This document shows positions 51,553 through 64,000 of a stretch of DNA of 64,000 bases, one piece after another. Source of the stretch: Eledone cirrhosa (lineage: Eukaryota). The DNA lies in contig OZ024740.1 in NCBI GenBank assembly GCA_964016885.1, positions 233,926,001 to 233,990,000 of the forward strand. Reading direction: 5' to 3'. The notes below the pieces were generated by a model. The model did no database searches, was not told where the DNA came from, and saw nothing but the letters and a program-made list of their open reading frames with translations. Position 1 is the first letter of the stretch; each line of letters starts with the position of its first letter. A program made the translations under genes and the position numbers.

Positions 51553-54282
51553 CACAACATGCCCAGCCCTGCGCATAGAGGGTACTGGCAGCAGATGGGC
51601 CGCCTCATGAACGGAAACTGACCCCTGCGCAAGAATTTGATGGGGCCGGTCCAATTTGCTGAGGCGCGAACGGGGGCAAGGCACGAGGGTCAAGCAGTAG
51701 TAGATGACGGATACGATGTACGCGTTCACCACATCCACGCGACCTTTCATGGACAGCTTCCGCTTTGCCCATTTCTGGGTGAGAGTGGCTACCCTGATCG
51801 TAACCTCGTCCGAATTCTTATTCACTCAGAAGTCTAGTCCAAACCAGTCCCCGAGCAACTTTACCGGTCCGTCCGTCGAGCATGTGACGACGCTGTTGGA
51901 CGGCGTTTAGTTGCCTCTCCAGGTGCCGAGCTGCAAGCCCACCGACTTTTCCGGGTTAAATTTCGACCCCCTCAACTTTTCATATTCTTCCAAGAAGATG
52001 CCGACCACCTCGATTCCCAAGTCTTCCACACCATCACAATGATGTCGTCTGCATATACCGACAGCCCTTTCGCGTTCCGGTTCGATTGCGATGCCCTGCA
52101 ACAGCTCCAGATTCCACAGTAAAGGCTCGAATTTCGGCTGACGTTATCAGCCTTTCGCAGCGCTCAGCATCGGCTATCGAAAGATATGGTAGGCCGTCGA
52201 AAGCGTAGGGGCTGAAGTCTGCCACCTTTTTTCGACCCACCACTCCCCCCCCCCCGAACAGCCGGGAAAAGTGCTGGCGAAAAGCCTCATAATCTGCCTA
52301 GAATCTTTCAGCTCGCATCCGAATTGTGGTTTTGTTACCCCGCGGGTCCATCAAACAGTCTTGGTTCCCTCGTTTCTTAGAGCACGAACCTTAGCTCTGA
52401 CAATGCAGCCCTAGTGTTTGGCATTGAAGAAATGGTCTAATGCCATTCTCACCGGTAGCACGCCAGATGCAATGCCACTACAAATAGCCTCGTCTAATTT
52501 TGCTATCAGCTACCCTCCTTTCTATTTTTCTTTAACGCTACTTCTTTAACGCTACCTATGTATCTTACTCTAATCTCTCTTTTGAGAGCTCCCCACCACC
52601 TGTTGTTGACGACCCACGCACCCCTGTCAACGTTTGCTTAACTAAATTGTTGATCTGGTCCCTGTAAGCCTATATGCCCAAAATGTTCAGCTTCCACTAA
52701 CTAGATCCTAACCTGCGCGACTTAGAAATTACGAACTTGTGATCTGAATAGGTGACCGTTTGAAAGTGTGGACAGCCAACACTATTCCTATCTACTGTCC
52801 TAATGAATAACCTATCTATATACAATCTAGATGACTCTATGCGGTTGGTCCAGGTCCACACTGGCGCATTAGGGAAATTAGATGGTACTTGTCACACAGT
52901 TGGAACTGGCTGATACTTGAGGCTTTTGCACCCCTCGCTCCTATCAGTTACCCCCACACAATCCCAGCGTGCGTCTAAGATGTTGATCCGGTCCCCTGGT
53001 AGCAGTAAAAAGCGAGACATTCCCAGAAAAGCTTCCAGGTGCCTAAGAAGTCCGACCGTCCGGCCCCAGTCGGGGCGTAGACGGCCACCTGTCTAAAAGC
53101 AACACCTCCACTATTGATTCACGTCCAAAATCAACAACTTACCGTCCGGGTCCCGAAAGCTCGATCTTACCTTAAGATACAGGCCTTCCCTACATAGCAC
53201 TGCCACCCCACTTCCCATTCTCGGCCGACTAATATATGCAAAAGTCTGATAGTCGTCGAAAATGTGGGCAAGTGTAGGCATGTCGGAATTCCTGGTCTCG
53301 CTAACGGCAATCACATCCATATCTCGTGACCTGAGGTCGTTAAGCAGGCAACGCTGCTTCAGGCGCTGAACATTTATACATGCTACTCTTAGGATTACCT
53401 TGTTGGCAGGCTAAACGAGAGAGAGGAAAGTTTTACTGACCTTCCGGGAGCTTGTGGAGGTCGGGTGGTTTGAACTCCATGGTTGGTGGGGTTTCCCTTG
53501 TGAACTCCTTTAACAATCTTAAAGTGGATTTCATATTAGGGGTTCCCACGTCCCGAGGAAAGCTCTTCCTAATTTCGTTGTATGCACCGAGCAACATATG
53601 TACCATCGTTACGTCCTCAAGTATGTAGTGTTGGTGTTGTTGCGGAAGTGTTTGTATGGCGTCTGTGGTTTCAGATGTTTGTATCTGTGTGTGTATTTTT
53701 TGGGAGGCGGGGGAATGGGAGAACATTCCTCGTTTTCCCCTTGTGTTGGTCTTGCTGGTGGTGGTGGTGGTTCGAGTGGTGTTGCTGCTGTTTGTGGTGC
53801 TGCCGCTGTCGATGCTGGTTGAACTCTTCGTCTCGGCACTGACGTTTGCAGCAACGGATGCTTGTGACATCCTGCATTTTTGAGCTGAGGGCAGAAGAAT
53901 CTCCAAATCCATCCCGTGTCACTACTTTCTATCTGTTTTTAACGTCTATTAGGGTACTGCCGGTACCCTTCTCACCCACGCACCCCAGGAGCTACCATAG
54001 ATTCAGTCTTGGTGGGATCCTGAGAATGCGAACCATTACATTCCTTTTGCCCACGTGGGGCAAGTACATCAAAATGAGGTCCATTCTACAGGGGCCACCG
54101 AGTTTTTAATAGCAAAGGGCTCGATTTTGAATAGCACCGAGATGGTGCCGAATTGCTTGGCTCTTGCTTTGTCCTCTTTTGTTGTTGTCGCTGTTGGTGT
54201 TGTTCTTGGTGTTGTTGTTGTTGTTGTTCTCGTTGTTGGTGTTGTTTTTAATTACGTTGTGGCTCTTGGAGTTGTTGTTGGC
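51553..54282 (-). mobile_element. L1-Tx1 clade LINE copy E5 (same subfamily as E3), heavily deleted
   Basis: MDVIAVSETR EN fragment; RT fragments (KSVGLQLGTWRG); ORF1 C-terminus FPRDVGTPN shared with E3. Confidence 0.85.
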
Positions 54283-54494
54283 TACCGATACTGCCAATTC
54301 ACCGCCCTTATAATAATAATTGTTTCTACTTTAGGCACAAGGCCAGCAATTAACCAGTGCATTACTGGTACTTTATTTTATCGACCTCGTAAGGATGAAA
54401 GGCAAAGTCAACCTCGGCGGGATTTGAACTCAGATCGTAAAGGGACGTAACTATGCTGGAAAGCATGGCGTCAAACCCTCTACCGATACTGCCA
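54283..54494 (-). mobile_element. SINE head remnant plus a complete tandem SINE
   Basis: ctaccgatactgccaattcaccgccc followed by (AAT)n and a full copy. Confidence 0.8.
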
Positions 54495-55139
54495 AACAAC
54501 AATGATGATGATGATGATGATACAAAAATGAATTACGAAGGGCCCAAGATGTTGATGACAATACAAGAACGAATTACAACTTAAGGTTAGGTTTACATCG
54601 AGTAAAAATTGGCCACGCACAAAGGCTTCCCTCACTCAAAAATGTTTCAAGCACAGGCATCTCTTGATATGGAACATATTTCTTTGTGTGTGTGTGTGTG
54701 TGATGCATAGCATAGCTGCCTATGGGCAGGTTCCTGTCGAGATGAAGGGCCAGTGGGAGTGAAGGACCCCTAGCCTTTGTCAGGGCATTCTTCTATGAGA
54801 AGGCAACTCAGGAAACTGGGATAACTCCGACATAAAACCTGCGGCTCAGTAGTTACCGATAATGTTGATCTTTTCTTCTTTTCGTGTTATAGCTACTGTC
54901 GCTCAGAGAGTGCGATTGGCTCGGTGCACAGTCTTTCCTCACTTTAAAAATAAATCTTCACGCACAGGCATTGCACGATAGCATTAATTGATTATTAATA
55001 ATGTTATATCGTGCAATGGCCATACTCGATAACGAGCGGACCGACATCATTGATGTATGTATGTATGTATGTATGTATGTATGTATGTATGTATGTATGT
55101 ATGTATGAATGGGCGCCTGGCACCTAGAGTATGCTCAGG

Positions 55140-55340
55140 GGCTCAGGGCCCTCTACCAAGCAGAAACGGGGGATTGGTGGACGATACGTGCGCCGACGTT
55201 CTCAGGGAGATTCTGAGCGTTGAAGAGGACAAACTGGCCAGTCTGTTCGGGAGTACATTCCGTTCAGGGCCTATAGACAACGTCCAAACATCTCTGGCCT
55301 AACAGTGCTCTACCAGTTCGAGACAAAATCTATAGACATT
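55140..55340 (+). mobile_element. Orphan internal fragment of Tx1 ORF2 (region just before zf-RVT)
   Basis: GLVDDTCADVLREILSVEEDKLASLFGSTF..PIDNVQTSLA is homologous to the C-terminal ORF2 of E2/E4. Confidence 0.7.
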
Positions 55341-55348
55341 TGTTCTTC

Positions 55349-55413
<65 letters not shown>

Positions 55414-55581
55414 ATACTTGGGGAGGGTCATATTTGTGTAATATTGCCAGAATTAATAACAGAACACACTCACTGTTTGGTTGGTTTTCGCTTTTCGCTT
55501 CTGTGTCTTTTATATCGGTAATCTAATATAATAAAATATACTCGGTCCTCAATGTTGCTATTGACCCGACCGAGGGTCAAA

Positions 55582-55742
55582 AATAATTGTTTCTACGTTT
55601 GGCACAAGGCCAGCAATTACCCAGTGCATTACTGGTACTTTATTTTATCGACCCCGTAAGGATGAAAGGCAAAGTTAACCTCGGCGGAATTTGAACTCAG
55701 AATGGCAAGGGTCGTAACTTTATACATCAAATATGGCGTCCG
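55582..55742 (-). mobile_element. SINE, 5'-truncated
   Basis: Family match. Confidence 0.8.
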
Positions 55743-56326
55743 AATACAGATACAATATAGACACAAACACATATATATAGTTTATCATAAATCTTTCGTT
55801 GCACATCTGCAACATCGTCAGTGGTTCTATTGTTTCCTCCTGTTGAATTGTATGGCTACGCCATTTTTATTCAGTCTGTCTATATATTTATTTATTTATT
55901 TGATTGTTTGTTTATTTTATTTTGTCTTCTTTTCGCATGCGTTTGCGTGTGTGTATAGTGTTTTGTTTGCGTGTGTGATGTGTGTTCGTGATTGGGTAAC
56001 TAATGTTTGTTTATGTGTTTGTTGTTATTGTGCTTGTGTATGTATTTATTTATCTATTTATTTATTTATTTTATTTTATTTTATTTTATTTACTTATTTA
56101 TACTTCTCTTAGGTCAGTGTTGTTTGTTTGGGTGTTGTTGTTATTCCATTCATTCTTTCTGTTTAGCCTTGGTCTTCTAATTTCTATTTCACTGGCCTCT
56201 CTGATTTGCCTATCTGCTGGGTCATTTCTATGTTTAGATATTATTCTAATTCTATGTTGTCTATGTTATCGTCATGTTGTTGTCTGGCATGTTTCGACAC
56301 ACGATTTCATATAATAAACCTCGCAA

Positions 56327-56385
<59 letters not shown>

Positions 56386-57446
56386 GAAGAACAAAAAAAA
56401 ACAAAACGAGGTTTCACATTGAGGTTTTCGTTGATTAGGTTCAGGTAGGAACATTTCACAGATGGGTGGTTCAGGTTCCCTATTAATGTTATAGACTCAA
56501 CTCCAGCCACAAACTGATAATCAGACTTGTTAATCAAGCAAAGCCAGGATCAATCTTAGATTGTGGCTGTAGTCGGGTCTATAACATTAATATGGATCCT
56601 GAGCCATTCATCTGTGAAACGTTTGTAACTGAGCCTAATCAATAAAAACCTCAATGTGAAACCTCGTTTTGTTCTTAATGTATACATTCTGTTATAGCAT
56701 ATTGGTACCATACTCAGTAAACCATAAAATCTAACGAATCACCTTCACCCCCCCCCCCACACACACACACACGCACACGCGCACACACACACACACACAT
56801 GTTTGGTCTTTTATATATACACTCCCACACTCTCTAAAACCATATTCCAAAAATAGAATTTCTTTTACAACACTATTGTTGCTAATCCCATAGAATTTGT
56901 CTCTAGCTTACAACCTCCCTCCCCCTCGCCACCACCATCTGAACTCTTGACCAGTCCATTAACACAATTGAGATACACACACATATTTACAGAATATTTC
57001 CTTTGTACCTAAAAACAATTTTGTTCTATGTGAAAAAAACACACCTACCAACACTACTGCTGGTACTACCATGACTACACCATTCTCTATACACAAGAAT
57101 TCCTTTTTCAGCCTCCTTCTCAAGGAAGATGAAAAAACTTACCTCAACACTTAATTTCAAATCTTTAATTTTTAGTTTTTAATTCTTATCAATTCCTTTT
57201 AATTGTAATATATTTGATTAGATGAATTTTACTAATACATCGAAACCGGTAATACTTTATATACATTATATACATTATAAAACTCTTTTTTAAAAGAACT
57301 GTCCCTCTCATTTTTTCAATAATGTCACTTTGACGAATTAAAGAAAGGATAAAAAAGAAAAGCAGTCCCTTAAATATATTTTCCGTGCTATTTCCAATTT
57401 CACCTTCTCTCTCTCTCTATATATATATATATATAAATATATCATT

Positions 57447-57631
57447 GTGGATTGGCAGTATCGGTAGAGAGTCGGATGCCATGCTTTCCAGCATAGTTAC
57501 GTCCCTTTGCGGTCTGAGTTCAAATCCCGCCGAGGTTAACTTTGCCTTTCATCCTTACGGGGTCGATAAAATAAAGTACCAGTAATGTACTGAGTAATTG
57601 ATGGCCTTGTGCCAAAAGTAGAAACAATTAT
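57447..57631 (+). mobile_element. SINE, near full length
   Basis: Family match, with TGGC-CTTGT-GCCA hairpin and tail. Confidence 0.85.
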
Positions 57632-58019
57632 CTATAAAAGGCAGATTGTTGGTGTTGTGTGTGTGTGTGCATGTTCCATGTTTATACATTTGCACAATTC
57701 CAAACCGATTCGACTCAAAGCCTGTAAGAATGTTGTAAATGGTTTAACTTAGGTCAACGACTATTTATTTCATTCAAACTCACCCACAATTACGGAAATA
57801 ATCGATAAAACTAAATACATGACGCTTTACTCCCCCCTAATACCATGTGATTACCTCTCTCTACTCCCCTTCAAATTCCATAAAACTACATACATGCTTA
57901 CAAACTTCCTTTAGGAACGCTGAAGAGAGAGAGATAGAGAGAGAGAGCGTGAGAGAGAGAAAGAGAACGTTTGTTTTTTGAGTGTGGAACGGTCAAACAT
58001 TTATTTACTTCAATGACAA

Positions 58020-59310
58020 AGAGAACTTATTGTGTTGTATCAGATGAAAGAATGGTATTTAACTCATGTATTGGTACGTGATAGGGCCCACCCACAGCCC
58101 CGGCGGACAGAATGGAGAAGGCGTTTCCCCGGAGGACGGTAAGGGAGACGCGCTTGAAATGTCACTCCAACTCGCGGGGCTCACACCTGCGGCTGGCCAG
58201 CTCAGTGCCGATTCGCAGGCTATGGTTGTCTAGCTGCGTGCCAGTAGAGAAAGAGGGCAGAGCATAGAACCAGGCACCACTGTGGGGTTTGGAGGCCGCA
58301 CGAAAACAAGCAAGACGGTGCTGGTCGAGCTGGCGCGTGAGCCTGTCTGAGGCCAGGCTACACTGGATGGCATCCCAAGTGCGTTGGGGGGGACTTGACG
58401 TCAACAGGGGGAGTAGGAGGAGGGAGTCTACTGGGCTAAGTCCCGGCTGGTCCCACGTCTCACAGGCGGCCTCACGTTCTCTGAACACAGAGGGTTCTGT
58501 TGTGTTTTGAAGAACACTGCTGACGAGGACGCGGCACGAGGTTACCGACGAAAGATACGCTGGCAAAGCTAGTGAGATCGGGATCTGGAGGCCTAGGCCG
58601 CCATACCTGACCGGTAAAGTGGCCTTTTGCCACCCTATGTCGTCAAACTTGACGTTGCATATCCCCTCGGCTGCTGTTCGGATACAAGTATCGAGGTCAG
58701 CGAGGAGAGATGTATTGGTGTAGCATGGAGCGCTGCGGATTGTATAGAGGAGCTTGGGCATGGTGAAGGAGTTCCTCAGCAGAAAGAGAGCTGGGTGGCC
58801 GTCAATCAAACCCAGTCGGCTCGTGAGAGTCTGGAGCTGTTGAAGCCTAGAGCTGATGGTGGAGCGGATGGCCGGCGGGTGGATCGGTGACCCGACGATG
58901 AGGACATCCTCTTTGGGGGTCACCTGAACCTGGCGGAGAATGGACCGCACGTCCAAGACGGAGGCTGCAAAGCTCGCAGCATCGAGGCTGACGTTCACCA
59001 CCTCCGACTTGGCCAGGGCAGGAATCACCGATTGAAGGTCTTGGCAGACCGCCCAACGTATCATCATCCAGATACCAAACGTTGAGAGGGGCCGTGATAC
59101 TCCGAGCGATGTGGTCAATACCAAGGGCGAACAGGATGGGTCCCAAAGGGTCGCCCTGTTGGACCCCAGTAGCCGAGGGTATGACCGTATCAGCAGCTAG
59201 GAGCGTGCTCGGGGCTCCATATGACAGATAGGCCAGCAGGTAGGCAGAGGGGGCTCGGCTGAGGCAGGCCTCGAGCAGATGTTCCCAGCGTAAAGAGTTA
59301 AAGGCATTCC
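58020..59310 (-). mobile_element. CRE-clade non-LTR retrotransposon fragment (RT plus C-terminus, internally deleted); smaller 3' piece at 33170-33307
   Basis: AFNSLR, TGVQQGDPLGPILF, WYLDD, ATLPVRYGGLGL, GAWFYALPS, RVSLTVLRGNA. Confidence 0.85.
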
Positions 59311-59444
59311 TCATACATTTCATACGAAACAACAATTATTCAAAAGCAATAGATTAATTTATTCAACAACAAAAAAAATAGCGATAAATCTTTTTTAAAA
59401 CCTCTCAACGAACGTGGAAGAAAGTTTATTTACTATACACAATA

Positions 59445-60002
59445 ATATCCTCTATGAGGTCACTAAACCTGCTAGAAACAGCAGCTAACTCTCCCCCATA
59501 TCACACCCCTCCCTACTGTCTTAAATTTAGAAAACATATCCTCTATGAGGTCACTAAACCTGCTAGAAACAGCAGCTAACTCTCCCCCATATCACACCAC
59601 TCCCTACTGTCTTAAATTTAGAAAACACATATCATCTATGAGGTCACTAAACCTGCTAGAAACAGCAGCTAACTCTCCCCCATATCACACCACTCCCTAC
59701 TGTCTTAAATTTAGAAAACACATATCATCTATGAGGTCACTAAACCTGCTAGAAACAGCAGCTAACTCTCCCCCATATCACACCCCTCCCTACTGTCTTA
59801 AATTTAGAAAACATATCCTCTATGAGGTGACTAAACCTGCTAGAAACAGCAGCTAACTCTCCCCCATATCACACCCCTCCCTACTGTCTTAAATTTAAAA
59901 ATCACATATCCTCTATGAGGTCACTAAACCTGCTAGAAACAACAGCTAACTCTCCCCCATATCACACCCCTCCCTACTGTCTTAAATTTAGAAAACACAT
60001 AT
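59445..60002 (+). repeat. Minisatellite, six copies of a 91-93 bp unit
   Basis: Units start at 59445, 59536, 59629, 59722, 59813 and 59906 and are nearly identical. Confidence 0.95.
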
Positions 60003-60267
60003 TAGACAACCATGCAGAACAACTCCATCGCAGCTCTGTTGTTCGGCTGGTATCGTCTACGCGCGTGTTGCGCAGGAACTCTGAAACAATAAATTTCAAC
60101 ACTTCTTTGCACTGAGATAATATCCATAGGCGAAACTACAATTGTCACTGCTGGCGCAGCTCCTGCTCCGGCAGTCCAGGTCTGCAATTCATTCACCCAG
60201 TGCCTGGCAGACAAAAAAGTGCTGCCATAAAATGAGTGGTGCAACCTAACTTTGATAACTTACTGAC

Positions 60268-60295
60268 CCCGAGCAACGCCGGGCTTTAATGCTAG
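60268..60295 (+). mobile_element. Helitron 3' terminus
   Basis: cccgagcaacgccggg hairpin followed by CTAG|T. Confidence 0.7.
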
Positions 60296-60299
60296 TATA

Positions 60300-63200
60300 T
60301 ATATATATTAATTCAAAATATTAACAAAATAGATATTCTTGTGATCAAGTATATTTTATTATACATATTTCAGAGGTACTGTGTTAACTTCAACAGTAAG
60401 TCCTCATCAGATAAAATAAGATGATGCATCACATACCCTGACATAGTAGATGGTTAAGATTCAGTCATGGTAGTGAGTAATATATGATAAAATCCAATAT
60501 TTATATACCTTAATATTGAAAACATGAGAAAAACACATAATACATAAAATAGAGAGGGTACGTGTGAGAAAGTTAAAAAAATACATGGTAGCAAAATAAC
60601 TGTTAAATAATTTAAATTACTGAAGAAGGGGGAAAGAAAAGAAAGGCATAGAGGAAGAAACAGATGAGGGGATAATATAGCTAGTAGGAGCCTAGAAAAC
60701 AAAGCAGAGTTGACTACAGAGAGAGAGATAAAGAGGAATAACTTATACAATGTAATATTATAAGGAGATATTAAACTAAAACAATATTTGTGCTTAGCTT
60801 TAGGAAAAGGAAAAAAAAACTCAATTTATTGAATTATTGAAATATCCAAAAATATTTAAAAGTATTCATCAATCGGAATTTTAAATATAATTGTCTTTAT
60901 TCATATGAAGGTTAATATCAAGTCCTTAGACAACTATCCATATATACAATATATATCCAAACATATCTGGTTGACCGTTAACATTCAAAACATTTAATTT
61001 AAGTTAGTTCAGAGAAATGAATAATATTTTAGGTTATAAAAGTTAATAAATATCTGTATTAATATTAAAGTATACTATCAAGTTTAATTTCTAAAAACAA
61101 ATTTTACGAAATCAAATTGAAAGGATTTACAAACACGAGAAAGAAAACATAATGTTTTTACAACCTCACGAAGGTAAACTTTACTAAATTTATTATATAA
61201 TATTAAATTATTAATATAATTTAGAAAATAATTACAGTTGTAATTTTTAAAGAATTTTAATATTAACAATTTGAATGCCTAAAGGATCAACAGGCCTTAT
61301 AATTAAACTTAAAAAAGTCTGATTATTAAATTACATATTTGCGTTTATCAAAAAAATACACACAGATTATATTGTCTAAAGACTTAAGATGATACCTCTC
61401 AAATAGTCATAACATAATACCATACAATAAATAAGTTACTGGAAATATTGTTAAAATTAATGTTTTAGATCAATTATTGTAATAGGATCATTTAATAGAT
61501 ATATACTATAAATATAGAAGTCAAAACTTCATGAGTCCTAAGGATAAGGACCAGATACAAAATAACAAGTGAAAAAAGTAAAAATAATGAATTGTTTGCG
61601 AACATAAGAGTACCCAATATTTAAAAAATATATAGTTTAAAATGCTAGTGGTTTTTTTAAAATTTATTTATATAATAGACAAAGAACACTTCTAAAGTGT
61701 CCACGAAGATGATAGAAAGAGGAGCTAACGATTTGAATGACCCGAAGGTAACCCGAATTTAATTAAAATAAATTAAATTAAATTAAGTAATAATCGTTAT
61801 ATAATTTAGAACATTAAGAAAATATCTAACAATTATAACAATAAAGAGTAATTTGAGTATCCAAATTACTTATAAAAGTAACTAGGAGCATGTTATTATA
61901 CTAGATAAACAAGTTTGTTTAAATATATAGAGAGAGTATTATAGGTATTAATGAAACGATATACATATAATAAATAAATAATTACAATCATTATTAGTAA
62001 TGTTATAATTGTAGTTTTACCTCCAGTTCAGTAGAAAGAAAGACCAATATTTGTCGACTAGTATGATTTGTGACATTTATACCTAAATATATATAAAAAT
62101 ATATATGTACAAATCTAACTTTCTGAATCCCAAAACATACTCAAAATGAGTAAAATATATAAATGCATGAATGATTTACGGTTCAATTATAACCGGTAAT
62201 CTTACAAGTTATATATCCAAATTATATGTTTAAAACAAATACAAATATATAAGGATCCCAATCTAACTTATATATATCTAAAATAATCCAAAGGGGTGCA
62301 TATTCATCAAGAAAACAAGTTAACAAATAATATGTTTATATACCTAAACAGGACCCTTCAGTCTAACATTAATTCCATCATAAATGAATAGAAAATAAAA
62401 GTTTTAAACAGTTGATAAGAGACATCAAAACCTGTTTATTTAGTGTTTTTTTCCTGACTTTTTGCGAGGCTTGGAAAGTAGACAAAGCTTTATGAAAGCA
62501 GTTTGAGAATAATTCACTTTTTTTGTTAATTAAGTTTTCATAATTAGTAATTATTAATAGGGTCTCCTTAGTACAGAGGTTGCAGTTAGATGATATAGAC
62601 GAATTCGAGTAGATTCTATTATTACATAGCTAGCTTCGTCCAAAGAATCGAGTATTTTAAATTTTTGTCTTTTAGTGACCATATAAGTTGTGATAAAGAA
62701 GTCGAAGACTTCCTATTAGGATTCGAAAAAGAGCATTTGTAATTCCCAAATCTCGATTTAAATGTCCAAGAAGTTGCACCTATGTAGTTGTATGTGATGT
62801 TATTTGCTTTTACGGTGCATTTATACACCAAATTTCTATCCAGACAATTATTTTGCAGAAAACAATCTGGTTTATTTCTACAATTACATTTCGATTTATT
62901 ATTATTATAATTTATATTAACACTATTATTAACACTATTATGCTGATTCTGGTTTAGAATTCTACTATTTAGTTTAGCGATGTTTTGGGCCATATTCATA
63001 GTTGTAGAATAAGAAAGCTTAATTGTGTGTCTATTAAATATGAAACGGTATTTATGATGAATAGGGAAGGAATTATCTAAAGCTTTAAAGAATAGATTAG
63101 CTAGTGGTGTTTTTATTGATACAGAAGCAGGGGGGGGGGGCAAACCATATAACTGATTTAGTTCTGGGTTTTTTTTCAAAGATTTATTCACAGTACAGGT

Positions 63201-64000
63201 GTTTGAATACAGGTGTCAGTCATATTATTATTTTTATCAGGATTAAGATTCGAATTATTATTGTCTATATATTCTATATTATTTTTATAACCTGCCTTTC
63301 TTAGCGCATCATTGTAATATCCTGCTTTTTCATCAAATATGGATTTATTAGCAGATATTCTAGTTATGCGTTTCTGTACACTATTGACAATTGCATTTTT
63401 CACAGATTTGGGGTGATTAGAGTAATAACTAACGTAATTTAAGTTTTCATTGGGCTTATGGAAAGGGTAATAAAAACCAGAGTTTAAGTTAAGAGTAACA
63501 TCAAGGAAATGAACTATTTTGGTACCACTTTCTACCTCTAATTAAAGTTCGTAATTTTTAAAGAATTCAATTATATTTTTCTTAACCCTATTTAGTTCTG
63601 TATTGCTGTGTTTGACAACCGTAAATAAAATATCGTCCCTATATAAACCACCGGTAATCTCCGGCAGTTTTCTATTTACCATATTTCAGATGAAAATCCC
63701 CAGAAGATCCGTGACTTGCGCTGGGTCCGATGATCCCATGGTAATGTCAAAGTTTCTATTTCTATCCGGGCGGGTCCAATACTCATTGTTGGAATTAATT
63801 AGAGTTATTCTAGCAGTTAATATGATATCGATTTCATCCGTAGTTAGATCTGTATGTTTGTAAGCGTAGGATAAAGCTTTATTTAATAGGTTAGGCGTAA
63901 TGTAATAGTAATAGCTTGCTATGTCCATTTGGATGAATTTGTAGTTTTTCTTATCATCTATATTTTTAAACCAATCAATCACTTCATTGGTGTCCCTTCC
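60300..64000 (-). mobile_element. Penelope-like element (RT + GIY-YIG, Neptune/Nematis-like), frameshifted, with ~2.1-kb AT-rich 3' region; runs off the window
   Basis: FIQMDIASYY, FDITMGS, GGLYRDD, VHFLDVTLNL, CNCRNKPDCFL, NLVYKC..YIGAT; HHR near the 3' end. Confidence 0.9.
60352..60418 (-). ncRNA. Minimal type I hammerhead ribozyme at the 3' end of the Penelope-like element
   Basis: tattttat-CTGATGA-gga..tactgt..acagta..tct-GAAA-tatgta-TA-ataaaata; 8-bp stem I. Confidence 0.85.

Noticed and set aside
41840-52110. Apparent shared deletion breakpoint in E3 and E5 RT, suggesting splicing
   Set aside because: E5 continues in frame (EPLLWNLEL), so the breakpoints differ
59445-60002. CRISPR-like array or repeat-protein ORF (59545-59856)
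   Set aside because: Units are contiguous and near-identical with no unique spacers; eukaryotic context; 91-bp units break the frame

Overview
Eukaryotic, AT- and microsatellite-rich DNA. The SINE types suggest a cephalopod such as Octopus, which is inference only. The one host gene is the 3' part of an SLCO/OATP organic-anion transporter on the + strand: 8 coding exons at 327-32652, with GT-AG boundaries and phases that join in frame. Almost everything else is mobile DNA. It includes five decayed L1-Tx1-clade LINEs, all on the minus strand and arranged head-to-tail, plus many copies of a tRNA-derived SINE and Penelope-like elements with hammerhead ribozymes in (TA)n tracts. Helitron, RTE, R4/Dong, CRE and hAT remnants are also present. 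The most notable pattern is a Tx1 LINE and SINE pair that share a 3' stem-loop (CUUGU loop) and an (ATT)n tail, insert at ATTATT sites, and so rebuild their own target in same-orientation arrays. All five LINEs also carry a 5'-splice-site motif 39-40 nt upstream of ORF2, in different ORF1 frames. ORF-less, hammerhead-bearing units of about 450-530 nt look like retrozyme-type circular RNA copies.
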